Of a stretch of 64,000 bases of DNA, positions 56,410-64,000 are shown piece after piece. Under the pieces are notes generated by a model. The model saw nothing but the letters and a program-made list of their open reading frames with translations. It was not told where the DNA came from and did not search any database. The stretch spans positions 960,001-1,024,000 of the forward strand of contig CAXXLL010000003.1 in the NCBI GenBank assembly GCA_963662545.2, written 5' to 3'. Each line of letters begins with the position of its first letter. The first letter of the stretch is position 1. The position numbers and the translations under genes were made by a program. Source of the stretch: Gammaproteobacteria bacterium (GTDB lineage Bacteria; Pseudomonadota; Gammaproteobacteria; Ga0077536).

Positions 56410-57554
56410 AATAGGTGTTCCAAAAACTCGATCAAATAAAAAGAACTCAGGTGACATTCAGAGATCAGAGGTTGTATCGAGCAATCTACGTTCCCGAAAG
56501 AGGTCACCTGAGTATGGATAGTTTAGTGTCATTGACGCGCTCACAGAAACGTCGCTTTAAGCGGTTGATTCAACGCAGCGATAACGGGCGGGTGGTTCGC
56601 CGCGCTCAAGTCCTGTTGCAGTTAGCTTCAGGCGTCTCACCGACGGCCGTGTCACGCAGTTTGTCGGTCGCGCGTTCAACGGTTTATCGATGGGTCACGC
56701 AATTCCAGACCGCGGGTGAAGCCTTTCTCGAGGCGTGCGGCTCGGGCCGGCGGGCGTATACGGTGGATGACACCCTGTTGGAGACGCTCGCCGAGTTAGT
56801 TGAGCAGCCGCCCAGTGATTATGGCTACCTGCGCAGTACGTGGACGAGCGAGATGCTGGCCGAGACGCTGAATTCGTTGCTGTCACGGCCCATTCACGCC
56901 TCTACGGTACGTCGCTGGCTAGTTAATTTGGGATTCGGCTGGCGTCGTGCTCGTCCGACCTTACATCTGCGCGACCCACGGGCAGCCACGCGCCTGAAAG
57001 CCATTCATCGTGCGTTGTCTCGAGCCCCATCGGGGCATGAAGTGTTTTACGCCGATGAGGTCGATATCGACCTCAATCCCAAAATCGGTTTCCTTTGGTC
57101 TACTCAAGGTTGTCAACGTGCCATCCCCACGCCTGGGCAAAACCGGAAACGCTATCTGGCGGGCGCGCTGCACGCACGAACCGGTCGCGTTGCGTATGTC
57201 GAGGGCACACGGAAAAACAGCGACCTATTCCTTTGCCTGCTCGACCACCTGCGGCAAACTTACCGCGCCGCGCGTCGAATTATCTTGATCGTGGATAACT
57301 ACATCATCCACAAATGTCGCTTGGCACACGTCTGGCTAAAGCACAATCCGAAATTCCGATTGCTGTTCCAGCCGGCCTATCAGCCCTGGGTCAATGACAT
57401 TGAGAAACTCTGGAAACAGTTGCACGACAATGTCACCCGGAATCATCGTTACTCGACCATCGACCGTCTGATGGACGCAGTACGTGCCTTCATGCGTGCG
57501 GCAAGTCCATTCCCGGGAAACTGCCCGAGTGTCGCAAGATTTGGATCACCTATT
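56410..57554 (+). mobile_element. IS630-family insertion sequence
   Basis: TIR AATAGGTGTTCCAAA / TTTGGATCACCTATT flanked by duplicated TA (56408-56409, 57555-57556). The reconstructed target is CTAG. Confidence 0.93.
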
Positions 57555-57557
57555 TAG
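56514..57557 (+). CDS. IS630 transposase (single ORF)
   Basis: HTH region, YADE, IVDNYIIH, QPAYQPWVNDIEKLW. ATG at 56514; the stop TAG is supplied by the target site. Confidence 0.93.
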   Translation: MDSLVSLTRSQKRRFKRLIQRSDNGRVVRRAQVLLQLASGVSPTAVSRSLSVARSTVYRWVTQFQTAGEAFLEACGSGRRAYTVDDTLLETLAELVEQPPSDYGYLRSTWTSEMLAETLNSLLSRPIHASTVRRWLVNLGFGWRRARPTLHLRDPRAATRLKAIHRALSRAPSGHEVFYADEVDIDLNPKIGFLWSTQGCQRAIPTPGQNRKRYLAGALHARTGRVAYVEGTRKNSDLFLCLLDHLRQTYRAARRIILIVDNYIIHKCRLAHVWLKHNPKFRLLFQPAYQPWVNDIEKLWKQLHDNVTRNHRYSTIDRLMDAVRAFMRAASPFPGNCPSVARFGSPI

Positions 57558-57561
57558 GTTG

Positions 57562-59013
57562 ATGCGCGTACAGGTAATTCAAAAAATCCTGGGGCTGCTC
57601 CTTTCGCTTTTTAGCCTGGTGTTGCTTCCACCGTTATCTATAGCAGTGTGGACTCGTGACGGGACGGCTGCCGCATTCGCTATTGCCATCATCGTCATCC
57701 TCGTTGCCGGACTCATGCTGTGGCTGCCCGTTCGTAAGGTCGACAAAGACCTCAAACTGCGCGATGGATTCGTCGTCGTCGTATCTTTCTGGATCGTTCT
57801 CGGGCTGACAGGTTCGATCCCTTTCATGATTGCAGAAAATCCCCATATGAGCACCGCGGATGCGATCTTTGAATCGATATCAGCGCTCACGACGACCGGT
57901 GCAACAGTGATCGTCGGCCTCGATCAACTGCCGCCGTCGATACTGTTTTATCGGCAGCTTTTACAATGGCTTGGCGGTATGGGGATCATCGTTCTTGCCG
58001 TTGCGATTCTACCGATACTTGGCGTGGGTGGTATGCAGCTCTACCGCGCCGAGACTCCGGGTCCGATGAAGGACGCCAAATTGACGCCGCGGATTACGGA
58101 AACGGCTAAAGCGCTTTGGTACATCTATGTAAGTTTGACTGTGCTGTGCGCACTTGCTTATTTCTTCGCTGGAATGAGTCTTTTCGATGCGGTTGGACAC
58201 AGCTTTAGCACGGTCGCAATCGGCGGCTTTTCGACGCACGACGCCAGTATCGGGCACTTCGATAGTCCCCAGATTGAATTGATCGCGATCGTGTTCATGT
58301 TAATCGCGGGCATAAATTTTTCGCTGCACTTTCTCGCGTGGCGATTCCGTAACCTCAAACCGTATTTTTATGATTCGGAATTCAAGATGTACGCGTCGCT
58401 GTTGATCATCGTGTTCGTGATCTGTGCCACCGGCCTCGCGCTCACGAATGAGATGGGCTCCTTGGGGGCATCCGTGCGGCACGGCTTGTTCCAGACCGTA
58501 TCCATTGGTACGACAACGGGATTTACCACGACCAATTTTCAGTCCTGGCCGGGATTTCTTCCGCTGATTCTGGTGTTCTTGAGCTTCGTAGGAGGCTGTG
58601 CCGGATCGACCGGCGGCGGCATCAAGGTCGTGCGCATATTACTGCTTTACAAGCAAGGCGTGCGAGAGATCCGCCGGTTAATCCATCCTAGCGCGATCAT
58701 CACGATTCGGCTGGGCGACCGCGCGGTCAACGATCGGGTGGTTGATGCCGTATGGGGATTTTTCGCGACCTACGTCGCCCTGTTCGCGTTCCTGCAGTTG
58801 GCAATGATGGCGACGGGACTCGACCAGGTTACGTCCTTTTCCGCGGTAGCGGCTTGTCTCAACAACCTCGGACCCGGTCTCGGAGACGTCAGTTCGGATT
58901 ACGCGGCCATTCCACCGATCGCGAAATATCTGCTGTGTCTTGCCATGGTTTTGGGCCGACTCGAAATCTTCACTTTACTGGTGCTGCTCACGCCGGCTTT
59001 CTGGCGCGCGTGA
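57562..59013 (+). CDS. trkH: Trk potassium uptake permease TrkH
   Basis: SALTTTGAT, QWLGGMGII, GGCAGSTGGG, GRLEIFT. ATG at 57562; the upstream extension in the ORF track is IS sequence. Confidence 0.96.
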   Translation: MRVQVIQKILGLLLSLFSLVLLPPLSIAVWTRDGTAAAFAIAIIVILVAGLMLWLPVRKVDKDLKLRDGFVVVVSFWIVLGLTGSIPFMIAENPHMSTADAIFESISALTTTGATVIVGLDQLPPSILFYRQLLQWLGGMGIIVLAVAILPILGVGGMQLYRAETPGPMKDAKLTPRITETAKALWYIYVSLTVLCALAYFFAGMSLFDAVGHSFSTVAIGGFSTHDASIGHFDSPQIELIAIVFMLIAGINFSLHFLAWRFRNLKPYFYDSEFKMYASLLIIVFVICATGLALTNEMGSLGASVRHGLFQTVSIGTTTGFTTTNFQSWPGFLPLILVFLSFVGGCAGSTGGGIKVVRILLLYKQGVREIRRLIHPSAIITIRLGDRAVNDRVVDAVWGFFATYVALFAFLQLAMMATGLDQVTSFSAVAACLNNLGPGLGDVSSDYAAIPPIAKYLLCLAMVLGRLEIFTLLVLLTPAFWRA

Positions 59014-59351
59014 ACGACCTGACCGAGAAACTGGAGAAGTTCCTCGCGGAACGCGGGGAAACAGCACTGCTGCGCTTCAGCCTGGGGAATGCATATCTCG
59101 CCGACCAGGCGGAAATAGCAGCCGAACATCTCGAGCGTGCGGTGGCTCTTGATCCCGCCTACTCGGCCGCCTGGAAACTCCTGGGTCGGGCATTGGCTTC
59201 TTGCGATCGAATCGAGCAGGCGCGACAGGCGTATGCGACTGGTATCGAGACCGCCGAGCAACGCGGTGATATCCAGGCCGCAAAGGAAATGAGGGTATTT
59301 CTCAAGCGTCTCGAGAAAGCGCCGCGTCCTCGGCGTGACCGAGGTGAATGA
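59010..59351 (+). CDS. Small TPR protein
   Basis: LLRFSLGNAYL...DPAYSAAWKLLGRALA...GDIQAAKEM. The GTG start overlaps the trkH stop (GTGA). Confidence 0.85.
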   Translation: MNDLTEKLEKFLAERGETALLRFSLGNAYLADQAEIAAEHLERAVALDPAYSAAWKLLGRALASCDRIEQARQAYATGIETAEQRGDIQAAKEMRVFLKRLEKAPRPRRDRGE

Positions 59352-59365
59352 GGCTGAGGGGCGAT

Positions 59366-60337
59366 TTATAGGGTGCCCGAAGTTTCTTCGGCCGAAAGTA
59401 AAATCGCGCCAGTCAGTTCCGAGATGGTCGCTACCCCATGGCGATCGAGATAATCGAGCATGCCCGCATTGAGTTTGCTGCAGATCAGGGGATCGTAGAA
59501 CAGGCTCGTGCCCACGCCGACTGCCGTAGAGCCTGCGAGTAGAAATTCTATTGCGTCTTCGGGCGTGGTGACGCCGCCCTGCCCGATGATGGGGATCCCA
59601 TGAGGCCTTGCGACCTCGTACACCTCGAATACCTTGTACAGTGCAATCGGTTTGATGGCCGGTCCGGAAAGCCCTCCGTGTTCATTGCCGATGAATGGCC
59701 GCCTGCTTTCAATATCGATCGCCATGCCCATGAGCGTATTGACCACCGCGAAGCCATCGGTACCCGCTGCTATACATTTTCGTGCATTTTCCGCGATATC
59801 CGTCTGGTTCGGAGAGAGCTTCGTGATGAGCGGCTTCGATGTTGCTCCCCGGCAGGCTTCTACCACGCGCGCGGACATGTCGGGGTCGTTTCCGAAAGTG
59901 ACGCCGCCTTGCTTGACGTTCGGGCAGGAGATGTTGATTTCAATGGCGTCTATGGGGGAGTCGTCGAAAATGCGGGTGACCAATTCGTATTCTTCGATTG
60001 TCGAGCCGGAAACGTTCGCGATAAACCGGGTCTCTTCGAAATCGAGCTTAGGCAGAATGGAATCAACGACGGCGCGGGCGCCCGGATTCTGCAGCCCGAT
60101 TGAATTCAGCATGCCTTCGGGCGTTTCAAATATCCGGTGCGGCAGATTACCGAGGCGCGGCTCCAACGTCGTTCCCTTGAGACAAACCGCGCCCGCATCG
60201 GCATTGGAAAAGCCCTCGACCCGCGTGTACTCTTCGCCGAAACCTACGCAGCCGGACAACAACACCAGCGGCGTGTTCAGGGTCATGCCGCATAGATCGA
60301 CGACCAAACGGTGATTACTATGCTCGTCCGATTCCAT
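59366..60337 (-). CDS. pyrD: Dihydroorotate dehydrogenase, family 1 (catalytic Cys)
   Basis: NSIGLQNPG, EINISCPNV, KLSPN, GGLSGPAIKP. Confidence 0.92.
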   Translation of the reverse strand: MESDEHSNHRLVVDLCGMTLNTPLVLLSGCVGFGEEYTRVEGFSNADAGAVCLKGTTLEPRLGNLPHRIFETPEGMLNSIGLQNPGARAVVDSILPKLDFEETRFIANVSGSTIEEYELVTRIFDDSPIDAIEINISCPNVKQGGVTFGNDPDMSARVVEACRGATSKPLITKLSPNQTDIAENARKCIAAGTDGFAVVNTLMGMAIDIESRRPFIGNEHGGLSGPAIKPIALYKVFEVYEVARPHGIPIIGQGGVTTPEDAIEFLLAGSTAVGVGTSLFYDPLICSKLNAGMLDYLDRHGVATISELTGAILLSAEETSGTL

Positions 60338-60365
60338 TAAGCGATTGCTTCACCCGATTGCTGTC

Positions 60366-60827
60366 GTGTTCAACGTCGTTCTCTACGAGCCCGAAATACC
60401 GCCCAATACCGGAAATATTATACGCCTGTGTGCGAACAGCGGCGTCCGCCTGCATCTGGTCGAACCGCTCGGTTTCAAATTGTCTGACCGACAACTCAAG
60501 CGCGCCGGCCTCGACTATCATGAATATGCAGGCGTCGAGAAACATGCATCGCTGACCGATTGCCTGAGGACAGTAAGTGGGGCGGAAGTCTTCTTGTTTT
60601 CAACCGCAGGCACCAGGCATTACGCGGAAGCTGCCTATTCGCGCAATTGCGTCTTGCTGTTCGGCCCTGAAACTCGGGGCCTGCCGAAGAAAGTGCTCGG
60701 CCTATTCGAACGGACGCAGATCCTGCGGATCCCCATGATCCCGGAAAGCCGAAGCTTGAATCTTGCCAATGCGGTGGCGATCGTCGTGTACGAAGCCTGG
60801 CGCCAGAACGACTTTAGGGAGTCGTGA
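60366..60827 (+). CDS. trmL: tRNA (C34/U34)-2'-O-methyltransferase
   Basis: PEIPPNTGN, RAGLDY, FGPETRGL, RSLNLAN. GTG start at 60366. Confidence 0.96.
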   Translation: MFNVVLYEPEIPPNTGNIIRLCANSGVRLHLVEPLGFKLSDRQLKRAGLDYHEYAGVEKHASLTDCLRTVSGAEVFLFSTAGTRHYAEAAYSRNCVLLFGPETRGLPKKVLGLFERTQILRIPMIPESRSLNLANAVAIVVYEAWRQNDFRES

Positions 60828-60837
60828 TACTCGGGTG

Positions 60838-61260
60838 CTAGGGCGCCGTTGTCACCGAGGCGGTTATTCTGCGGCTGAAGTAATCTTCTTGTCCCGATGT
60901 GCCGAATTGCGCGATCGCCTCGAGATCGAAGACCAGATACGAGGGCGAGGCGCCCTCGGTTATGGTGACCTCAGAACAGGTAAGCGTCACATCGAAGTTA
61001 CCGCTCGCACCCCCCGAGATGGCAAACGTAGTTGGCGAAGCAAAACATGCGGGGCCGCCGGGGAAATTGAGGACGTGATGCACGCCCCACTCGACGCCGC
61101 TGATCGCCGCGAATTGCGCGCGGGATCCGACCAACGCAAAAACTGAGGTCGTCTTCTGCACCGATCCTATCGTCGCGATGAACCCCGCAAGCAGCGCGAT
61201 GACGACGATCAAGAAAATCGCCGTCACCAGTGCGAACCCGGATTGATTATGCTTGATCAC
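60838..61260 (-). CDS. mshP: MSHA-like minor pilin MshP
   Basis: QSG|FALVTAIFLIVV (no Glu at +5), RAQFAAISGVEWG. The GTG start overlaps the upstream stop. Confidence 0.72.
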   Translation of the reverse strand: MIKHNQSGFALVTAIFLIVVIALLAGFIATIGSVQKTTSVFALVGSRAQFAAISGVEWGVHHVLNFPGGPACFASPTTFAISGGASGNFDVTLTCSEVTITEGASPSYLVFDLEAIAQFGTSGQEDYFSRRITASVTTAP

Positions 61261-62189
61261 GGAATATTCGGCACATGGGTTTGCTGAAACAAACGTATCC
61301 GCTCGTTGGGTTGGCTGCTGTCGCTCAAACTCAGGGTGACCGAAACCAGGGCAGCGCGGGTCGCCGTCCCGGGATCGTATTCGAAATTGCAGGCGACGAC
61401 GTTCTCGGCCAGCACCCTTCCCGTGACAGCGGGCGGGGAAGCGCCGGTCGGTTGGATCGCACCGATGGCATAGCCGTCGTAGCGCATGAGCAATCCGTTC
61501 CCGAGCGTACAAATATAGCTCACCGGCGTATCCACCACGTGGAAGCGCTGATTCGGAGACGGAAAAGGAAAGGCGCCGAGATCGTGTACGAACTCGATGG
61601 TAGGCAATCCTGGCCCGGGGCCGGGATCCGCGATCTCGATACCGGCGACATTCTCGCCGCAGTATGCGTTTGTTTTACCGACGACCGGAGTCGAGCAGTC
61701 GTTCGGTTGACCGGTATTGAAGATGATTAGGCAGTCCACCGCCGACCCGGCCATGCAGGCCGCCGTACTCGTCGGCGTCATACCACCGCAGTTCGGGCTT
61801 CCACCCGCGCAGATTTGACCAAAATCGTTTAAGCGGCCCAACACGTCAAATTTGCTGTCCGTCGGAGGGAAGTCCAGCGCGTTCGACAAGGGCAATCCCG
61901 GATCGATTTGCGCGCGATAACGGCCGCCCGATCTCGTCCGGAGAAATTCGAGCGCTTGTCCCCCGGCAATGCGAACGCTGTTTGGCAGTGCGAGGCGGAC
62001 TTCACGCGTCAAGCGGTTGAGTGCGGTATCGGCTTCATCGACCAGGGTCGCGCGCCGCGCGGTGTCGACAAATCCCTGGATGGGACGCGAAATGTTGTAC
62101 CCCACCACCGCCGCCAGGACGCTGCTGATCACGATCACGGCGATCAACTCGACCAGCGTGAAACCGCCAGTACTCTTTCCGGTCTTCAT
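61257..62189 (-). CDS. mshO: MSHA-like minor pilin MshO
   Basis: G|FTLVELI prepilin motif; REVRLALPNSVR; C-terminal HVPNIP. Confidence 0.78.
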   Translation of the reverse strand: MKTGKSTGGFTLVELIAVIVISSVLAAVVGYNISRPIQGFVDTARRATLVDEADTALNRLTREVRLALPNSVRIAGGQALEFLRTRSGGRYRAQIDPGLPLSNALDFPPTDSKFDVLGRLNDFGQICAGGSPNCGGMTPTSTAACMAGSAVDCLIIFNTGQPNDCSTPVVGKTNAYCGENVAGIEIADPGPGPGLPTIEFVHDLGAFPFPSPNQRFHVVDTPVSYICTLGNGLLMRYDGYAIGAIQPTGASPPAVTGRVLAENVVACNFEYDPGTATRAALVSVTLSLSDSSQPNERIRLFQQTHVPNIP

Positions 62190-62743
62190 TGGGCGTTCGC
62201 GCGAAATGCGGATAATTGGAAGTCGTTATCCATCGCCTGGTGACCCACGGAGACGTCGATGCGTAGTACTTCACCGCTATTCGAACTGATCGCCGGCGAG
62301 CCGATGCTAATGCCGTTATCGATGACGGTCACGCGAACCGTATACAAAGACAATCCAGCAATACCATTGCCGTTTCTGTCTGCGGCGCCGCTGTCATTCA
62401 AACCGTTGTAGTCGCAGACGTCGTCATACAAATTTCGACTGGCTTCCTTGAGTGGTCCTACACCGCCGCATGCGGCTGCCGAGCAGGCCGAGCCCATACA
62501 CTGTTGGCTGCAGGTCTGCCCCGCCGTCAAAAAATCGGGATCACAGAAATTCGCCACCATGACCTCCTCCAGATAGGCATGCGCGATGGCGGTGGCCTGC
62601 CGTTCTATCATGGGATTGCTGGAGCGGCCGGCGACGCCCGCGGTCGTGAGCATCAAGCCGAGCACCGCGATCGATATGATCACGAGGGACGCAACGAGCT
62701 CAATCAGAGTAAGGCCACGAGATCGGAATCGACTAGGTTTCAT
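62186..62743 (-). CDS. mshD: MSHA-like minor pilin MshD
   Basis: G|LTLIELV; SNPM...AYLEEV; YDDVCDYNG; LSAFRAN. ATG at 62743. Confidence 0.75.
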   Translation of the reverse strand: MKPSRFRSRGLTLIELVASLVIISIAVLGLMLTTAGVAGRSSNPMIERQATAIAHAYLEEVMVANFCDPDFLTAGQTCSQQCMGSACSAAACGGVGPLKEASRNLYDDVCDYNGLNDSGAADRNGNGIAGLSLYTVRVTVIDNGISIGSPAISSNSGEVLRIDVSVGHQAMDNDFQLSAFRANAQ

Positions 62744-62744
62744 T

Positions 62745-63257
62745 TTAATTTTCCACGACCAGGCCGGTGTCGGGCGTGACTTGAATCTGGCGAGGCCCGA
62801 CGGAGACCCTGAGGTTTGCCGGATCCGCAATCAAGCCGCCGCTCGTATCGTGCGGCCGCCCCACGTGATCGAAATAGTAGGTAAGACTATTGGCCACGTT
62901 GACCCCCGCGGGCGCACTCGCTTCGAACGGTGTCGTACTGCCGGGGCGCGCAACGATCTCCAAAGGCAGCGTCCGTACGGTACAGTCGGGATCCCCGGTC
63001 CATCTCGAAATTTCGAAGCTGTTCGAACCGGCAGAGAAATCGACGCGAATACTACAACCCGACGCGACTGCCAGTTTTTGCGCGTAGCGCGTCGCCGCCA
63101 GGGCCTCTTCGAAGAAGCCGCGCTCGGCGAATGGATCAATGTCGGCGAACCGCGGCAACGCGTACGCCGCTAGAACGCCCAGGATGACTAAAACCGCAAC
63201 GAGTTCCACCAGTGAAAAACCACCCTGGCGCCCTGCTCTCAGGGAGCTTCCCATCAC
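62745..63257 (-). CDS. mshC: MSHA-like minor pilin MshC
   Basis: G|FSLVELV...AYALPRF...RYAQKLA...FDHVGRP...TG. Confidence 0.72.
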   Translation of the reverse strand: MMGSSLRAGRQGGFSLVELVAVLVILGVLAAYALPRFADIDPFAERGFFEEALAATRYAQKLAVASGCSIRVDFSAGSNSFEISRWTGDPDCTVRTLPLEIVARPGSTTPFEASAPAGVNVANSLTYYFDHVGRPHDTSGGLIADPANLRVSVGPRQIQVTPDTGLVVEN

Positions 63258-64000
63258 GCATCCCCGATAGCGTTCTGAACCCGGGAAATTTCCCTGTCGG
63301 CAGCTTGGGCGCCTGCTTCGTCGCCTTCTTTCATCCTCAAATCTCGCAACAGCGATAGATAATCCAGGACCAGCGGATGCCCCGGAATGGGATGGCGTAA
63401 GCCCCCTTCCAGCACCGCCAGGGCGTCTCTGGACCGACCCAAATCGCTCAGGAAACGGGCGAGTTCGATCCGTGCGGGATAATAGCGATGATCGCGTCGC
63501 AAGGTTTCTCGATAGGCTTTCTGTACCTTGTCGAGCCGGGACGCCGGATCGAGCCGTGGGTCGTGTAGCACAAACAACATTTCCGTATACGCCACCTCCG
63601 CGCTGAACGGATTCATTTTCGCCGCCCGCGCCAGATGCGTCTCAGCCAAGCCGATGAATTCAAGCTTTTTCTCGAATTCTGCCGTCGAATCGGAAGCGGC
63701 GAGATAGAGATGTGCACGGGCGGCTTCGGTCGTCGGATTGGGACTCAAGTTCGCGGCAAATCGCAGCGATCTCTGTGCGTCTGAAAGCGCGCCAATGTTC
63801 AGTTCACGCATGCCCCGTTCATGGAAAACGGACATTGCGAGCGCACTGGTGAGGGCTGCCATGGGCATCGCCGCGAGAACGAATATGATGAAAATCATCA
63901 CGGGTCGGCTGAAATTCCGGAACATCCGGGATGGATGCGGCGCAGCTTCGGGGCGCGTAATCCGTACGAAGCGAGCAAGAACGAAACCGAACATGACGAG
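63254..64000 (-). CDS. C-terminal part of a membrane protein with TPR-like helices (truncated by the window edge)
   Basis: The frame is open to the window edge. Hydrophobic segments are followed by helical repeats (AAKMNPF, ARIELARFL). The stop overlaps the mshC start region. Confidence 0.65.
   Translation of the reverse strand, partial: LVMFGFVLARFVRITRPEAAPHPSRMFRNFSRPVMIFIIFVLAAMPMAALTSALAMSVFHERGMRELNIGALSDAQRSLRFAANLSPNPTTEAARAHLYLAASDSTAEFEKKLEFIGLAETHLARAAKMNPFSAEVAYTEMLFVLHDPRLDPASRLDKVQKAYRETLRRDHRYYPARIELARFLSDLGRSRDALAVLEGGLRHPIPGHPLVLDYLSLLRDLRMKEGDEAGAQAADREISRVQNAIGDA

Noticed and set aside
57484-57561. N-terminal extension of TrkH given by the ORF track
   Set aside because: It is encoded by IS630 sequence; the native-looking start is ATG at 57562.

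Overview
This is a gammaproteobacterial core-genome window. About 32 kb on the minus strand (4.8-36.5 kb) is one uninterrupted translation/transcription supercluster: tRNA-Tyr/Gly/Thr, tuf, tRNA-Trp, secE-nusG-rplKAJL-rpoBC, then the str, S10, spc and alpha operons. Next come LysM(TsaP-like)/dprA-smg-topA-purE-tsaC, then def-fmt-rsmB-DUF4390-ntrY/ntrX-like-trkA-trkH, a class-1 pyrD, trmL and the distal end of an MSHA-like type IV pilus cluster. Accessory DNA is limited but clearly resolvable. (i) An AT-rich RpfC-like hybrid sensor kinase has its last codons replaced by an IS256 that carries a nonsense mutation. (ii) An IS66 is nested in an ISNCY/IS5-like element inserted just upstream of dprA, with both target duplications readable. 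(iii) An IS630 sits in the terminal CTAG of a 266-bp structured palindromic element between trkA and trkH. (iv) A second 212-bp palindromic element lies next to the tRNA-operon promoter. I see no CRISPR array, prophage, or clearly new multi-gene system. The best leads are the structured palindromic elements and their relation to IS630, a consensus promoter followed immediately by a terminator ahead of rpsL, the orphan RpfC-like sensor, and the Cys-rich MSHA-like minor pilins. All family assignments are from recognised motifs and gene order, not database searches.
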